From the NCBI GenBank assembly GCA_043820105.1, contig JBDREC010000030.1, forward strand, positions 2,888-66,887: a stretch of DNA of 64,000 nt. Reading direction: 5' to 3'. Positions 40,143-49,867 of the stretch are shown one piece after another. This DNA is from Pseudomonadota bacterium (GTDB taxonomy: Bacteria > Bdellovibrionota_F > JAHFAK01 > JBDREC01). The first letter of the stretch is position 1; each line of letters opens with the position of its first letter. Both the position numbers and the translations under genes were made by a program. The notes below the pieces were generated by a model that saw nothing but the letters and a program-made list of their open reading frames with translations, did not search any database and was not told where the DNA came from.

Positions 40143-41195
40143 ATGACAAAAAGAATTGGAATCTTAACAGGTGGAGGTGATTGCCCAGGTTTGAATGCAG
40201 TTATTAGAGCGATTGTTAGAAAAGGAATGTTACTTGGTTACGAAATGGTTGGAGTTATGGAAGGCTGGAGGGGAATGCTTGATAAAAAAACAGTTGTTCT
40301 TACTAGAAATATGATTTCTGGTATTTTACAAAAGGGTGGAACTATCCTTAAAACAACTAGAACTAATCCTTATAATACCGAAGATGGACCTAAGCTAGTT
40401 GCTAAAAACTTTCACGAAATGGGTTTCCATGCTTTAATAGCAATTGGTGGTGAAGATACTCTTGGCGTTGCGTCCAAATTATATGAGCAGGAAAAACTAA
40501 ATGTTGTTGGTGTTCCAAAAACAATTGATAATGACCTGTCAGGAACAGATCAAACCTTTGGTTTTGATACTGCAATCACTGTGGCTACTGATGCCATTGA
40601 CAGATTGCACACAACAGCTGAATCACATCAACGTGTCCTGGTCTGTGAAGTTATGGGCCGTCATGCAGGCTGGATAGCCGCGTATGCTGGCCTTGCTGGT
40701 GGTGCTGACTACATTCTCATTCCAGAAGTTCCGGTTGATGTTAATAAACTTTGTGAATCTATTGCAAAAAGACATAACCTGGGCAAAGACTTTTCAATTA
40801 TTGTTGTCTCAGAAGGCGCTAAATTAAGTGATGAAACATTAGGTGAAAATGGTCTTGTTCTGCAACATGGTAAAAAAGATGCTTTTGGACATGTAATTTT
40901 AGGTGGTATTGGAAAGACAATGTCAGATATAATTCAGGAAAAAACAGGCTATGAAACTAGATACACAATTCTAGGACATATTCAAAGAGGCGGCTCTCCA
41001 ACAGCTTATGACAGAGTGTTGGGAACAAGATATGGAATTCATGCAATGGAACTTGTTCACTCAGGTCAGTTTGGAAAAATGTCAGCTCTAAGAGGAAATG
41101 ACATTGTAGGAGTTGATCTTGCAAAGGCAACAGAAAGACTAAAAACAGTTCCTGTTGAGTTTTTTAGAGACAATATCGAAATCTTTTTTGAATAG
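40143..41195 (+). CDS. pfk: 6-phosphofructokinase, probably pyrophosphate-dependent
   Basis: PfkA-family fold (GILTGGGDCPGLNAVIRA). IGGEDT has Asp at the E. coli Gly104 position. VPKTIDNDL has Lys at the Gly124 position. This is the residue pair associated with PPi use. Confidence 0.8.
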   Translation: MTKRIGILTGGGDCPGLNAVIRAIVRKGMLLGYEMVGVMEGWRGMLDKKTVVLTRNMISGILQKGGTILKTTRTNPYNTEDGPKLVAKNFHEMGFHALIAIGGEDTLGVASKLYEQEKLNVVGVPKTIDNDLSGTDQTFGFDTAITVATDAIDRLHTTAESHQRVLVCEVMGRHAGWIAAYAGLAGGADYILIPEVPVDVNKLCESIAKRHNLGKDFSIIVVSEGAKLSDETLGENGLVLQHGKKDAFGHVILGGIGKTMSDIIQEKTGYETRYTILGHIQRGGSPTAYDRVLGTRYGIHAMELVHSGQFGKMSALRGNDIVGVDLAKATERLKTVPVEFFRDNIEIFFE

Positions 41196-41203
41196 ATAAA
41201 TAT

Positions 41204-41274
41204 GTACAGCGTACAGAGTACAGCGTACAGCGTGATTATCTTTTACGCCGTACGCTGTACGCCGTACGCTGTAC
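41204..41274. terminator. Long imperfect inverted repeat built from CGTACAG heptamers (29-nt arms, 13-nt loop) between pfk and deoB
   Basis: Left arm GTACAGCGTACAGAGTACAGCGTACAGCG. Right arm CGCCGTACGCTGTACGCCGTACGCTGTAC. Function as terminator or attenuator is inferred. Confidence 0.4.
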
Positions 41275-41290
41275 TTTCTAAGGTATTTAT

Positions 41291-42451
41291 ATGTCAAATT
41301 TTAATCGAGTCTGCGTAATTGTCCTGGATTCAGTTGGCGTTGGCGAGCTTCCTGATGCTGAGAAATATGGTGATGTTGGAAGCAATACACTTGGAAATAT
41401 TGCAAAAGTTACAGGTGGATTAAGTTTACCAAACCTCCAAAAAATGGGTTTAGGAAATATTATTGATGTTTTAGGTGTTGATAAATGTGAAAAACCAATT
41501 GCATCTTGGGGAAAAATGGATGAGGCTTCTCCTGGCAAAGATACAACTACAGGGCATTGGGAAATGGCCGGTATTATTCTTGATAAGCCTTTTGTCACTT
41601 ATGAAAACTGCTTTCCACAGGATCTAATTGATCGCTTTGAAGCTGAAGCCGGATATAAATCAATTGGACATTGTCCAGAGTCTGGAACAGAAATTATAAA
41701 ACGGCTTGGCAATCAACATTATGAAACTGGTGAGCTCATTGTTTACACAAGTGCTGATTCAGTTTTCCAAATTGCAGCTCATGAGGAAAAGGTGCCAATT
41801 GATGAACTTTACAGAATTTGTGAAATTGCACGAAAAATTTGTGATGAATATTCGATTGGAAGAGTCATTGCTCGTCCGTTTGTTGGAGAACCTGGGAATT
41901 TCACAAGAACTGCCAATAGAAAAGATTTTTCTGTAACTCCACCTGCAGATACAATGCTTACTTTGGCTCAAAAAGCCGGGCATAAAGTTGTTGGCATCGG
42001 AAAAACTGATTATATTTTTGATTTCCAGGGAACTACTGATTCCTTTCATGGTGCTACAAATGCTGAAAATGTTGAATCTACTATAAAAGCATTGCAGGAA
42101 TTTAAGGAAGGTTTAATTTTTACAAATCTTGTTGATTTTGATATGTTATGGGGACATAGAAATGATCCAGAAGGTTATAAAAAAGGGTTAGAAGAATTTG
42201 ATGTCTTATTACCAAAAATTTTGGACCTTATTACGGATGATACTTTACTTTTTATTACAGCTGACCATGGCTGTGATCCAACAACAGCCAGTACTGATCA
42301 CTCAAGGGAATATGTTCCAATTTTAATGTATAATCCAAAAATGATTCCAGGAACAGATCTTGGAATAAGAGAAACCTTTGCAGATCTAGCAAAAACGGTA
42401 TGTGAAGTTCTGAAGCTCGATGATTTAAAAGTTGGAAAAAGCTTCCTATAG
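41291..42451 (+). CDS. deoB: Phosphopentomutase
   Basis: N-terminal VIVLDSVGVGELPDA and overall alkaline-phosphatase-superfamily pattern. 386 aa. Confidence 0.9.
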   Translation: MSNFNRVCVIVLDSVGVGELPDAEKYGDVGSNTLGNIAKVTGGLSLPNLQKMGLGNIIDVLGVDKCEKPIASWGKMDEASPGKDTTTGHWEMAGIILDKPFVTYENCFPQDLIDRFEAEAGYKSIGHCPESGTEIIKRLGNQHYETGELIVYTSADSVFQIAAHEEKVPIDELYRICEIARKICDEYSIGRVIARPFVGEPGNFTRTANRKDFSVTPPADTMLTLAQKAGHKVVGIGKTDYIFDFQGTTDSFHGATNAENVESTIKALQEFKEGLIFTNLVDFDMLWGHRNDPEGYKKGLEEFDVLLPKILDLITDDTLLFITADHGCDPTTASTDHSREYVPILMYNPKMIPGTDLGIRETFADLAKTVCEVLKLDDLKVGKSFL

Positions 42452-42495
42452 ATAAAACGCCGTACGCTGTACGATTTCCCCAAAAGGAGACTAAT

Positions 42496-43803
42496 TTGAA
42501 CGCCTACGAACTTATTAAAAAGAAAAGAGATGGTTCAGAATTAAATTATGAAGAACTCGAAAGCTTTTTGCAGGCATATTTAAACGGTGATATTAAAGAC
42601 TATCAAATGTCAGCAATGTTAATGGCAATGTTATTAAAAGGGATGTCATTTGAAGAAGTCTCAAATTATACAAAGATCTTAATGAAGTCAGGTGATATTT
42701 ATGACTTTGCAGATCTTGATGGTCCTAAAGTTGATAAGCATTCAACTGGAGGAGTTGGTGACAAGCCTTCAATTGTTTTAGCACCCCTTTTGGCTTCTGT
42801 TGGAGTATATGTGCCAATGGTGTCTGGACGAGGCCTAGGTCATACAGGTGGCACATTAGATAAACTTGAAGCAATTTCTGGTTTTAACACACAAGTATCT
42901 TACGAAGAATTTAAAAACATTCTATATAAAGTTGGCTGTGTTATGGGTGGTCAAACCCAAAACTTTGTGCCTCTTGATAAAATGCTTTATGCTCTCAGAG
43001 ATGTTACAGCTACAGTTGATGACATGAATCTAATTTGTGGTTCTATAATGAGCAAAAAACTATCTGAAGGCATTGATGCTTTAGTTTTAGATGTTAAGAC
43101 AGGAAGTGGTGCCTTTATGGTTGCATATGAAGACTCAAAAGCACTTGCAAAGCTTTGTGTAACAATTGGTAACAATATTGGCAAAAAGGTAAGGGCAATA
43201 ATAACTGATATGAATCAGCCTCTTGGATCTTATGTTGGCAATTCCTGTGAAATTTTTGAGTGTATAAAGTTGCTAAGAGGTGATGAAGTTGCTTCTGACA
43301 TTTATGATCTTACCATGAAACTTGCCCAAGAAATGTATTTATTATCAGGGAAAACAACCTCAAAAGAAGAAGCAGATAAGGTCTTAAAAGAAGCCATTAC
43401 ATCTGGCCGTGCACTTGAAAAATTTGGAGAGCTTATTGAGGCTCATGGTGGAAATCCAAAGGTAATAGAAGATACTAACTTGCTGCCAGATACAGAAAAC
43501 AGGTATGAGCTTAAAGCTCAAAGGTCTGGTTATATTTCTGAAATAAAAACAAATGATATTGGTTTTGCAGGAATTTATCTTGGAGCTGGCAGAAAAACTT
43601 TAGACACTCAAATAGATCATGCTGTAGGCTTTAAGATTAATAAAAAACTAGGTGATAAGATATCAGCTGGTGATACTATCTTAACTATCCATTACAATAA
43701 TGATTCAGGTCTTGGAGCTGCAATAAATAAATTGAATGAGTCCTACATAATTTCAGACAAACATTATGAACCTGGAAAGTTAATTAAAGAAATAGTGGAC
43801 TAA
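42496..43803 (+). CDS. pdp: Pyrimidine-nucleoside (thymidine) phosphorylase
   Basis: Phosphate-binding motif DKHSTGGVGDK. TTG start 7 nt after SD AAGGAG. Confidence 0.9.
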   Translation: MNAYELIKKKRDGSELNYEELESFLQAYLNGDIKDYQMSAMLMAMLLKGMSFEEVSNYTKILMKSGDIYDFADLDGPKVDKHSTGGVGDKPSIVLAPLLASVGVYVPMVSGRGLGHTGGTLDKLEAISGFNTQVSYEEFKNILYKVGCVMGGQTQNFVPLDKMLYALRDVTATVDDMNLICGSIMSKKLSEGIDALVLDVKTGSGAFMVAYEDSKALAKLCVTIGNNIGKKVRAIITDMNQPLGSYVGNSCEIFECIKLLRGDEVASDIYDLTMKLAQEMYLLSGKTTSKEEADKVLKEAITSGRALEKFGELIEAHGGNPKVIEDTNLLPDTENRYELKAQRSGYISEIKTNDIGFAGIYLGAGRKTLDTQIDHAVGFKINKKLGDKISAGDTILTIHYNNDSGLGAAINKLNESYIISDKHYEPGKLIKEIVD

Positions 43804-43980
43804 GTTTATTAATTTAAAATAATTCGCGACATTCAATACACAAGCAGTTAATTGCAACAAAAATATTGCCCCAAATTATCATTTAATTACATGTATTTAA
43901 AAAACGACCAAGCCATTGCCACGTGGCATCATTTTTGCATGCTTATTTTGCTAAATTTATTTTTCATTATAGGGCATTTT

Positions 43981-46900
43981 ATGAGACTAATTACTTTTTC
44001 ACTAAAGATAAAAAACTGTTTTTCTTATTTCTTAATTATAGCTGTTCAATTTTTGTTTATATTAGAATTAAGTTTATATGCTTCTTCAGAAAACTGTATG
44101 AGGCTTTTTTCAGATGAAAGAATTATTTCAACCCAAGATAGCCAGCAAGTAAATAAAGAAACCGCACAACAAGCATCTGCTAACTCACAAAGAAATTCTG
44201 CTAAAGATAAAATCATTTTTTCAATTAATGCTCCAAAGAGTATTTCGAATAAAGTAGAACTAGCTTCTGAAATGTTAGAAAGAGAAATGCAGGCAAATTA
44301 TGGATCATACTCATCAGAGCACCCAGTATTTAAATATGTTGAATCCATTTTAAAGGATATCTTTGCAGGTCTTGATGGAAAGCCTTTCAAGTTAATAGTA
44401 ACGAAAGGATGGGAAGAAGTAAATGCATGTGTTTTAGGCAATGGAACAATTATTTTTTCAGACAGATTACTAACTTTTTGTGAAACTGTAGAAGAGCTTC
44501 ATTTTATTTTAAGTCACGAAGTAATACATGCAAAAAAGCATCTCAAAGAATATGAAGACAAACAGGATACAACAGTTGGAACACTCTTAAAAGACTTCTA
44601 TCAAAACCTGTTTAGGGATAGAATGCAAGAGTATGAAGCAGATATTAGAGGTTTTACAGAAGGGTCGGGTTCAAGTGATTCAATTATTAATCCTTATGGA
44701 GGGATTGTTTTTTTTAATCGCTTAATGGAAATTGAAAGATCTTCTAAAAGCAAATATAATCGCAGCTTTAATTATGGTCTTACTCATGGTAGAAGTGCAG
44801 ATAGGCTTTTAAACCTTCACTTTGCAACAAGATTAGTTGATATTGACAATCTCTCAAGAGATTTGACTGTAATTCCTGATGAAATAAGAGACAAACTAGA
44901 TTTTCGAAGGTCTTTAGAAAAAGAAATATTGAAACCATTGGAAGTTAAATCAGGAGAAGATCTAAGTAATATTATTTCTGCAAGAGAAGCAGCTTTGGAA
45001 AAAGCTAATTTTTATATATTAAAAAATGCAGTGTCCATTTTATATAAGAGATATATGGATAAATATTCATCAAGGAGAACTGCCAGTGATAGTGATAATT
45101 TTTTAGAACCAATTGAAAAAGAGTTTTTACTTAAAACTCTTAATGCCTTTAAAAAAGAAATCGATATAATTTTAGAAGAAAAAAAGGTTCCAGTTTTTTT
45201 AAGGCCCTTATTCCGTGGAATAATAATTGCTTTAAGTTCTGATTTGCCAATAGAAGATGCAAGACCAATGCTTGATGGCTCTGACCCGGAAAATGCATTA
45301 GCCTGTTTTAGAGATTTTTTTGATTATTTTGAAGATAAGGCTGACTACCTTGATTTGCCTGATAATTTGGAAGAATTTGCAAAACTTGATTTGCCTCTTA
45401 CAAATAAACCAAAAGAACTCCTGCAATTTTTGATAAATGAATCTTTAGATGAGGAAATTTTTAGTGATAATCAGGGCAATTTTGACCTTGGACTATATAG
45501 AGACTATGTGCGCAGGCTAAGTGAGTCAACAAAGAAACTTTATGATAAAGTTGGATTAACTAAAGATATAGATTCAAATATGCTTTATGCAGAACTTTTG
45601 CCTTATGCTTTATTAAACTATTCAAGAGATGAAATGAATCAAGTTGCCCAGGATCTTATCTTAGATGTTGGTGAAAATATGAATGATTTTTATGAAGCAG
45701 CCAGAAAGGATGTGGAAATTCCCGAGAAAGTATTAGATAAAGCAAAAAAGAATTTAGAGGAAAGTGATAATAAAAAAGATATATCACCAAAAAGAAAAGA
45801 GTTTTTGGATATAGCAATGGAATACCTTAATAGCTTTAGAGACTTTATAAAGAATCCTCCAGAGGAATTTGAATCAGAATTTATAGCGGAATCTGCTTTT
45901 ATTGAAAATCATAGCAAAACATTTATAAGTAAAATAGATTCATTTGCATGGAAAACTCAAGAAGAAGTAATTATAGCATTAACAAAATTATTCAGAGAAG
46001 ATCTCAATAAAGAAGACATTAGAAAAGTTGTAAAGCTAATATTTGAATGCCCGGACTTTTTCTCAAGTAAAAGATCTTATATTGATGAGAATATGAGTCC
46101 AGTAGGTAAGGCTGCATTTTTAGTTAGAATATTAAGATTCTGTTTTGATTTTGATGAGTTTGGCTCCCTTGTTGGACACAAGGCTTCAATTCCAGATTTT
46201 CTTAACAATGGTTTTAGCTTTACTAGCAGATGGGAATATATTGATAAAAGAACAAATAATGCAGAAATTAAAGAACTCTATAAAATGCTTTTTCATAATA
46301 TAGAATCTATTAATGATCTTAAAGCTACAGAAACAAAAAAAGACGAAGCAATAGAAGATTCATATAATCAAATATATTTTGCTTATTTAGATTACTTGAG
46401 CAAAGAAAAAAATATAGAAGAGTTTAGAATATTATTTGATGATATAATAGATATTGCTCCTAGAAATAGCACTGAGTTTTTAGAATTTCAATTAACAGCA
46501 GCAGCATCTATTTTTGAAAATTATGATTTTGATTTTTCTAATCCTGAGCATTTAGACCTTTATATAAAAGCATGTTCTTTGGTTCCAGATAGTGTACTTG
46601 CTTCGCAGTTAGTTGAAAATGGTCTGGAAAAAGCTTTTGATTATCTGGATAACAAAACACTTGAAAATTATTTATTTCAAGATGAAAGGCTTGCTTTTTT
46701 ATCATTAACAAAAATTAGATCTAGATACATAAATGAGCGTATCCGATCAGTTGAACATCTTGACAGAGCTTTAGAAAAAATCGCCTCAGCCTCTATTCCA
46801 AAACAGCAATCAATACAAGAAAGGGGAGGCAAAGCTTTAATAGGAAATGAAATATTGGATATCTTAATTAATGACCCATTTAATTTTCTCAAAATCGCAA

Positions 46901-48675
46901 TTTTTGAAAGACATTCAGACATGAAGCTTAAAACAGCCTTACTAAATGCCTATCTTTTTTATGTTGAAAATATTGTGCATTTGGGTGGTAACCCTGCAGA
47001 CAGAAGAACAGAAGAAGATTTTATTGGTTTTGCAAGCCATTATGAAAGAATGTTTTCTTTAGATAATGTCACAAAACATAATATTTTAAAAAAATTATTA
47101 ATTGGAGAAAATGGTGTCTTAAGAAATGAAAGTAAGAAGCTAGAAATGCTTGAGCTTATATTGGAAGTTCTAGTCAGAGAAGGAAAAACAGATGCAGAGA
47201 GCAGGCTACGCTCAATATTGAGCATTGGTTTAAAATCCATTGCAATGCAGGCAGATGATATTTCATTATATTTTTTCATAGCAAACTTTTTACATGATCA
47301 AATGTTTATAAGACCTGAAAGTGAAAGCTCTTGGGTTGATGTACTGATTGAATCAGATGTTTTCAAAGATTATAGCAGAGAGTATTACAAAAAAGAAGAA
47401 CTTGAAGAACTTGCTAAACCAATTGCCAATGCTATTAGTAGCTCTCCAAGTGCTAAACATGACAGTTATATTTTTTATGAAGGATCTAGTCCAAATTTAG
47501 ATCTTTTAAGAAGAAATCTTTTTGATAAAGCTTCAAGATACTTGCCAAGCATAGAAGGAGGTGAAAAGAAAAATTACTCGCCAGTTGAATTCATTGTTGA
47601 AGTAGCAAGCAACTTATATGCACCAGGTAAAAGAGCATTACAAATAATGGGACAATATCTAGAGATCCCTGAAGAGTTTGAAGAAGATTTTTCAAAGGTC
47701 TATGATGCAATGGAAGGTCAGTCTAAGTTATCAGGCTATCACACCTTGAAAAGAAACTGGGAAGGTTCAGAAGAAGAGCTTCTTGATTTTGGTTTATATG
47801 AAGGGGGTGGCTCTTTGGTAACAGTGTGGAAGGCAGAAACAAAAAGAAATGGTACTGAAGTTTTAAGAGTGCTAAACCCTAATGTAGAATATCACATGCA
47901 AGAGATATGTGATATTTTAGAAGAAGCTTTTAGGAAGCTAGAAGCAGAATATCCTGATGCAAGACTTGCAGTACTTGCAGTTAATGATATAAGAGAGTGG
48001 ATAAGACGAGATATTAATGACCAAAACTTTTGGGATAATGATGTAATTTTTCATGATTTACACCATGGGTTTTCTGCACCTGGTTCTGGGTTTAGTATTT
48101 ATATCCCAAAGTCTTATGAACCAAGATCTGCTAAAGTAAAAAGAGAAGAATATATTGAGGGCATAAATCTAACAAGATGGCAAGGCACAGAAGAAGAAAG
48201 AAAAGATATAGTAAGTTCAATTGTAGTAAATTTTATTTATCAAATTGGAAATGGCTTAGTTTTATCTGATATTCATCCCGGTAATATTAGAATTATGAAT
48301 GGCAATAAAATTGCCTATCTTGACAGGAATCTTTATATTGAAATCACAGGAGCAGAAAAGGACTTATTATCATCTGTTATAACTGGACAAGAATTAATAA
48401 TTATTGATACTTTTACTTCATATTTACAGGAAATACCTGAAAACAGAAACATTAATGTTCAGGCAATCCTTGAAAATGCAGTCTTAGCATCTTCAAACAT
48501 TAATGACCCAACAAAAAGATTTTTAGATATCCTGGTAAAGGTAAAATCTTCAAATATCAAAGTACCCTTAAAAATTACCTTATTAATTAAAAATGCTTTA
48601 GCTCTAAATAAAATGTCTAAAAAAGCAGGCTTTAATAGTTTAGTTGAAGCAGCAATGTATCCACATACAAGATAG
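43981..48675 (+). CDS. Giant membrane-anchored multidomain protein: M48-like HExxH peptidase domain, long helical region, C-terminal UbiB/ABC1-like atypical kinase domain
   Basis: N-terminal hydrophobic helices. VNACVLGNGTIIFSDRLL...ELHFILSHEVIHAKKH is the M48/M56 pattern. The C-terminus has a Gly-rich loop EGGGSLVTVWKAE, DIHPGNIRI (compare ABC1 DPHPGNI) and a YLDRN DFG-like motif. Start moved to the Met at 43981 (MRLITFSL). Confidence 0.65.
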   Translation: MRLITFSLKIKNCFSYFLIIAVQFLFILELSLYASSENCMRLFSDERIISTQDSQQVNKETAQQASANSQRNSAKDKIIFSINAPKSISNKVELASEMLEREMQANYGSYSSEHPVFKYVESILKDIFAGLDGKPFKLIVTKGWEEVNACVLGNGTIIFSDRLLTFCETVEELHFILSHEVIHAKKHLKEYEDKQDTTVGTLLKDFYQNLFRDRMQEYEADIRGFTEGSGSSDSIINPYGGIVFFNRLMEIERSSKSKYNRSFNYGLTHGRSADRLLNLHFATRLVDIDNLSRDLTVIPDEIRDKLDFRRSLEKEILKPLEVKSGEDLSNIISAREAALEKANFYILKNAVSILYKRYMDKYSSRRTASDSDNFLEPIEKEFLLKTLNAFKKEIDIILEEKKVPVFLRPLFRGIIIALSSDLPIEDARPMLDGSDPENALACFRDFFDYFEDKADYLDLPDNLEEFAKLDLPLTNKPKELLQFLINESLDEEIFSDNQGNFDLGLYRDYVRRLSESTKKLYDKVGLTKDIDSNMLYAELLPYALLNYSRDEMNQVAQDLILDVGENMNDFYEAARKDVEIPEKVLDKAKKNLEESDNKKDISPKRKEFLDIAMEYLNSFRDFIKNPPEEFESEFIAESAFIENHSKTFISKIDSFAWKTQEEVIIALTKLFREDLNKEDIRKVVKLIFECPDFFSSKRSYIDENMSPVGKAAFLVRILRFCFDFDEFGSLVGHKASIPDFLNNGFSFTSRWEYIDKRTNNAEIKELYKMLFHNIESINDLKATETKKDEAIEDSYNQIYFAYLDYLSKEKNIEEFRILFDDIIDIAPRNSTEFLEFQLTAAASIFENYDFDFSNPEHLDLYIKACSLVPDSVLASQLVENGLEKAFDYLDNKTLENYLFQDERLAFLSLTKIRSRYINERIRSVEHLDRALEKIASASIPKQQSIQERGGKALIGNEILDILINDPFNFLKIAIFERHSDMKLKTALLNAYLFYVENIVHLGGNPADRRTEEDFIGFASHYERMFSLDNVTKHNILKKLLIGENGVLRNESKKLEMLELILEVLVREGKTDAESRLRSILSIGLKSIAMQADDISLYFFIANFLHDQMFIRPESESSWVDVLIESDVFKDYSREYYKKEELEELAKPIANAISSSPSAKHDSYIFYEGSSPNLDLLRRNLFDKASRYLPSIEGGEKKNYSPVEFIVEVASNLYAPGKRALQIMGQYLEIPEEFEEDFSKVYDAMEGQSKLSGYHTLKRNWEGSEEELLDFGLYEGGGSLVTVWKAETKRNGTEVLRVLNPNVEYHMQEICDILEEAFRKLEAEYPDARLAVLAVNDIREWIRRDINDQNFWDNDVIFHDLHHGFSAPGSGFSIYIPKSYEPRSAKVKREEYIEGINLTRWQGTEEERKDIVSSIVVNFIYQIGNGLVLSDIHPGNIRIMNGNKIAYLDRNLYIEITGAEKDLLSSVITGQELIIIDTFTSYLQEIPENRNINVQAILENAVLASSNINDPTKRFLDILVKVKSSNIKVPLKITLLIKNALALNKMSKKAGFNSLVEAAMYPHTR

Positions 48676-48696
48676 GGTAATTTAATAAATTAGGTT

Positions 48697-49461
48697 TTAT
48701 TTAGATAAAATTTTGCCTTCTAGATATTTTTCAGTCTTTACAAGCTCACCTTTTTTATTAAAATATTTTAAGGTTCCATTAAGCTTGCCTTTTTCAAAGA
48801 AACCTTTTTCTTTTATTTTACCATTATCATGCCACATGGTGTATTTACCATAAGGCCGGCCATTTTTAAAATATGACTCAACCATCTTTTGGCCATTTTC
48901 ATACCATGCGAGTGACAAACCTTCTCGCTTGGCATTGTTCATTTCATACTCTTCTGATTTTTGACCATTTTTGTGGTACTTGGTAAATTTACCATGTGGT
49001 ATATTATTTATATAATGAACTATTTTTTCAAAACTTTCATTTGGATAATATTCAATATATTTCCCATTGAGTTTGCCATCTATATATGAGATTTGGGTAG
49101 CTTTTTTTCCATTTGAATAATATTGAATTGCATCTCCATTTTTAGCAAAACTACTTCCAGATACTGAAAGTCCATGCTTATATTGAATAACAGGAAGATC
49201 TTTGCCTTTTTCATCATATCTTAATTCTGTGCCCTGTTTTAAACCATGTTCATAATTTGATTCGCATTTGAGTTTTCCATTTTTATGAAACTCATAATAG
49301 GGGCCATGTTTAATTAATTTATTATCTTTATCTTTATAAACACAATAGATAGAATTTTCTCCTTTATCTGCAAAGGTATTTCCATCACATTTAAGCTTTT
49401 GTTCAGTAGAGTAAGCAGAGAAAAGCCATAGGAGGCATATAATTATAATTGATTTTTTCAT
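48697..49461 (-). CDS. Secreted MORN-variant repeat protein (YwqK-like)
   Basis: Signal peptide, then repeated units of ~23 aa (YxxNGKL...G..K.Y.ENG). Confidence 0.6.
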   Translation of the reverse strand: MKKSIIIICLLWLFSAYSTEQKLKCDGNTFADKGENSIYCVYKDKDNKLIKHGPYYEFHKNGKLKCESNYEHGLKQGTELRYDEKGKDLPVIQYKHGLSVSGSSFAKNGDAIQYYSNGKKATQISYIDGKLNGKYIEYYPNESFEKIVHYINNIPHGKFTKYHKNGQKSEEYEMNNAKREGLSLAWYENGQKMVESYFKNGRPYGKYTMWHDNGKIKEKGFFEKGKLNGTLKYFNKKGELVKTEKYLEGKILSK

Positions 49462-49678
49462 GAACTCACATTAATTTCTACTTCAAAGAAAGTCAAAAAA
49501 GAAAAACTTTATTATTTTTTTTATTGATATAATTTGAACAAAAACTTAATTTACTTATGCTTTTTTTAAAAGTTGAATTATTGGTACGTTTAGAAATTTA
49601 TAAAAGGTTTTTTTGTTTTTTAAGAAGATATTACTGTCGCCTTAAAAAAACTTTGAGTAAAATTTAGGTAAAAAAAAA

Positions 49679-49711
49679 CCGGCTCGATTATATTGAGCCG
49701 GTCAAAAAAAA
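49679..49711 (-). terminator. Intrinsic terminator hairpin (CCGGCTC-9 nt-GAGCCGG) flanked by A9/T9 runs
   Basis: A U-run follows the hairpin only on the minus strand. Which transcript it ends is unclear. Confidence 0.45.
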
Positions 49712-49731
49712 TATTTTCAAGGAGGAGGAAT

Positions 49732-49836
49732 TTGAAAAAGCTACTTGTAAGATCAAGTAGCATCAAATTATGTTTTAATAAGTATAGTAAAATCAAGCAA
49801 TTGTCAACTAAAAAGGCCTATAAAGGCGTTGGCTAA
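49732..49836 (+). CDS. Possible small basic protein (34 aa) or leader peptide
   Basis: TTG start 7 nt after a perfect AGGAGGAGG. Reads MKKLLVRSSSIKLCFNKYSKIKQLSTKKAYKGVG and ends 31 nt before the next gene. Below the ORF-track size cutoff. Confidence 0.25.
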   Translation: MKKLLVRSSSIKLCFNKYSKIKQLSTKKAYKGVG

Positions 49837-49867
49837 TGTTTAACTTTAAGAGATGAGGTAAGCTTCC

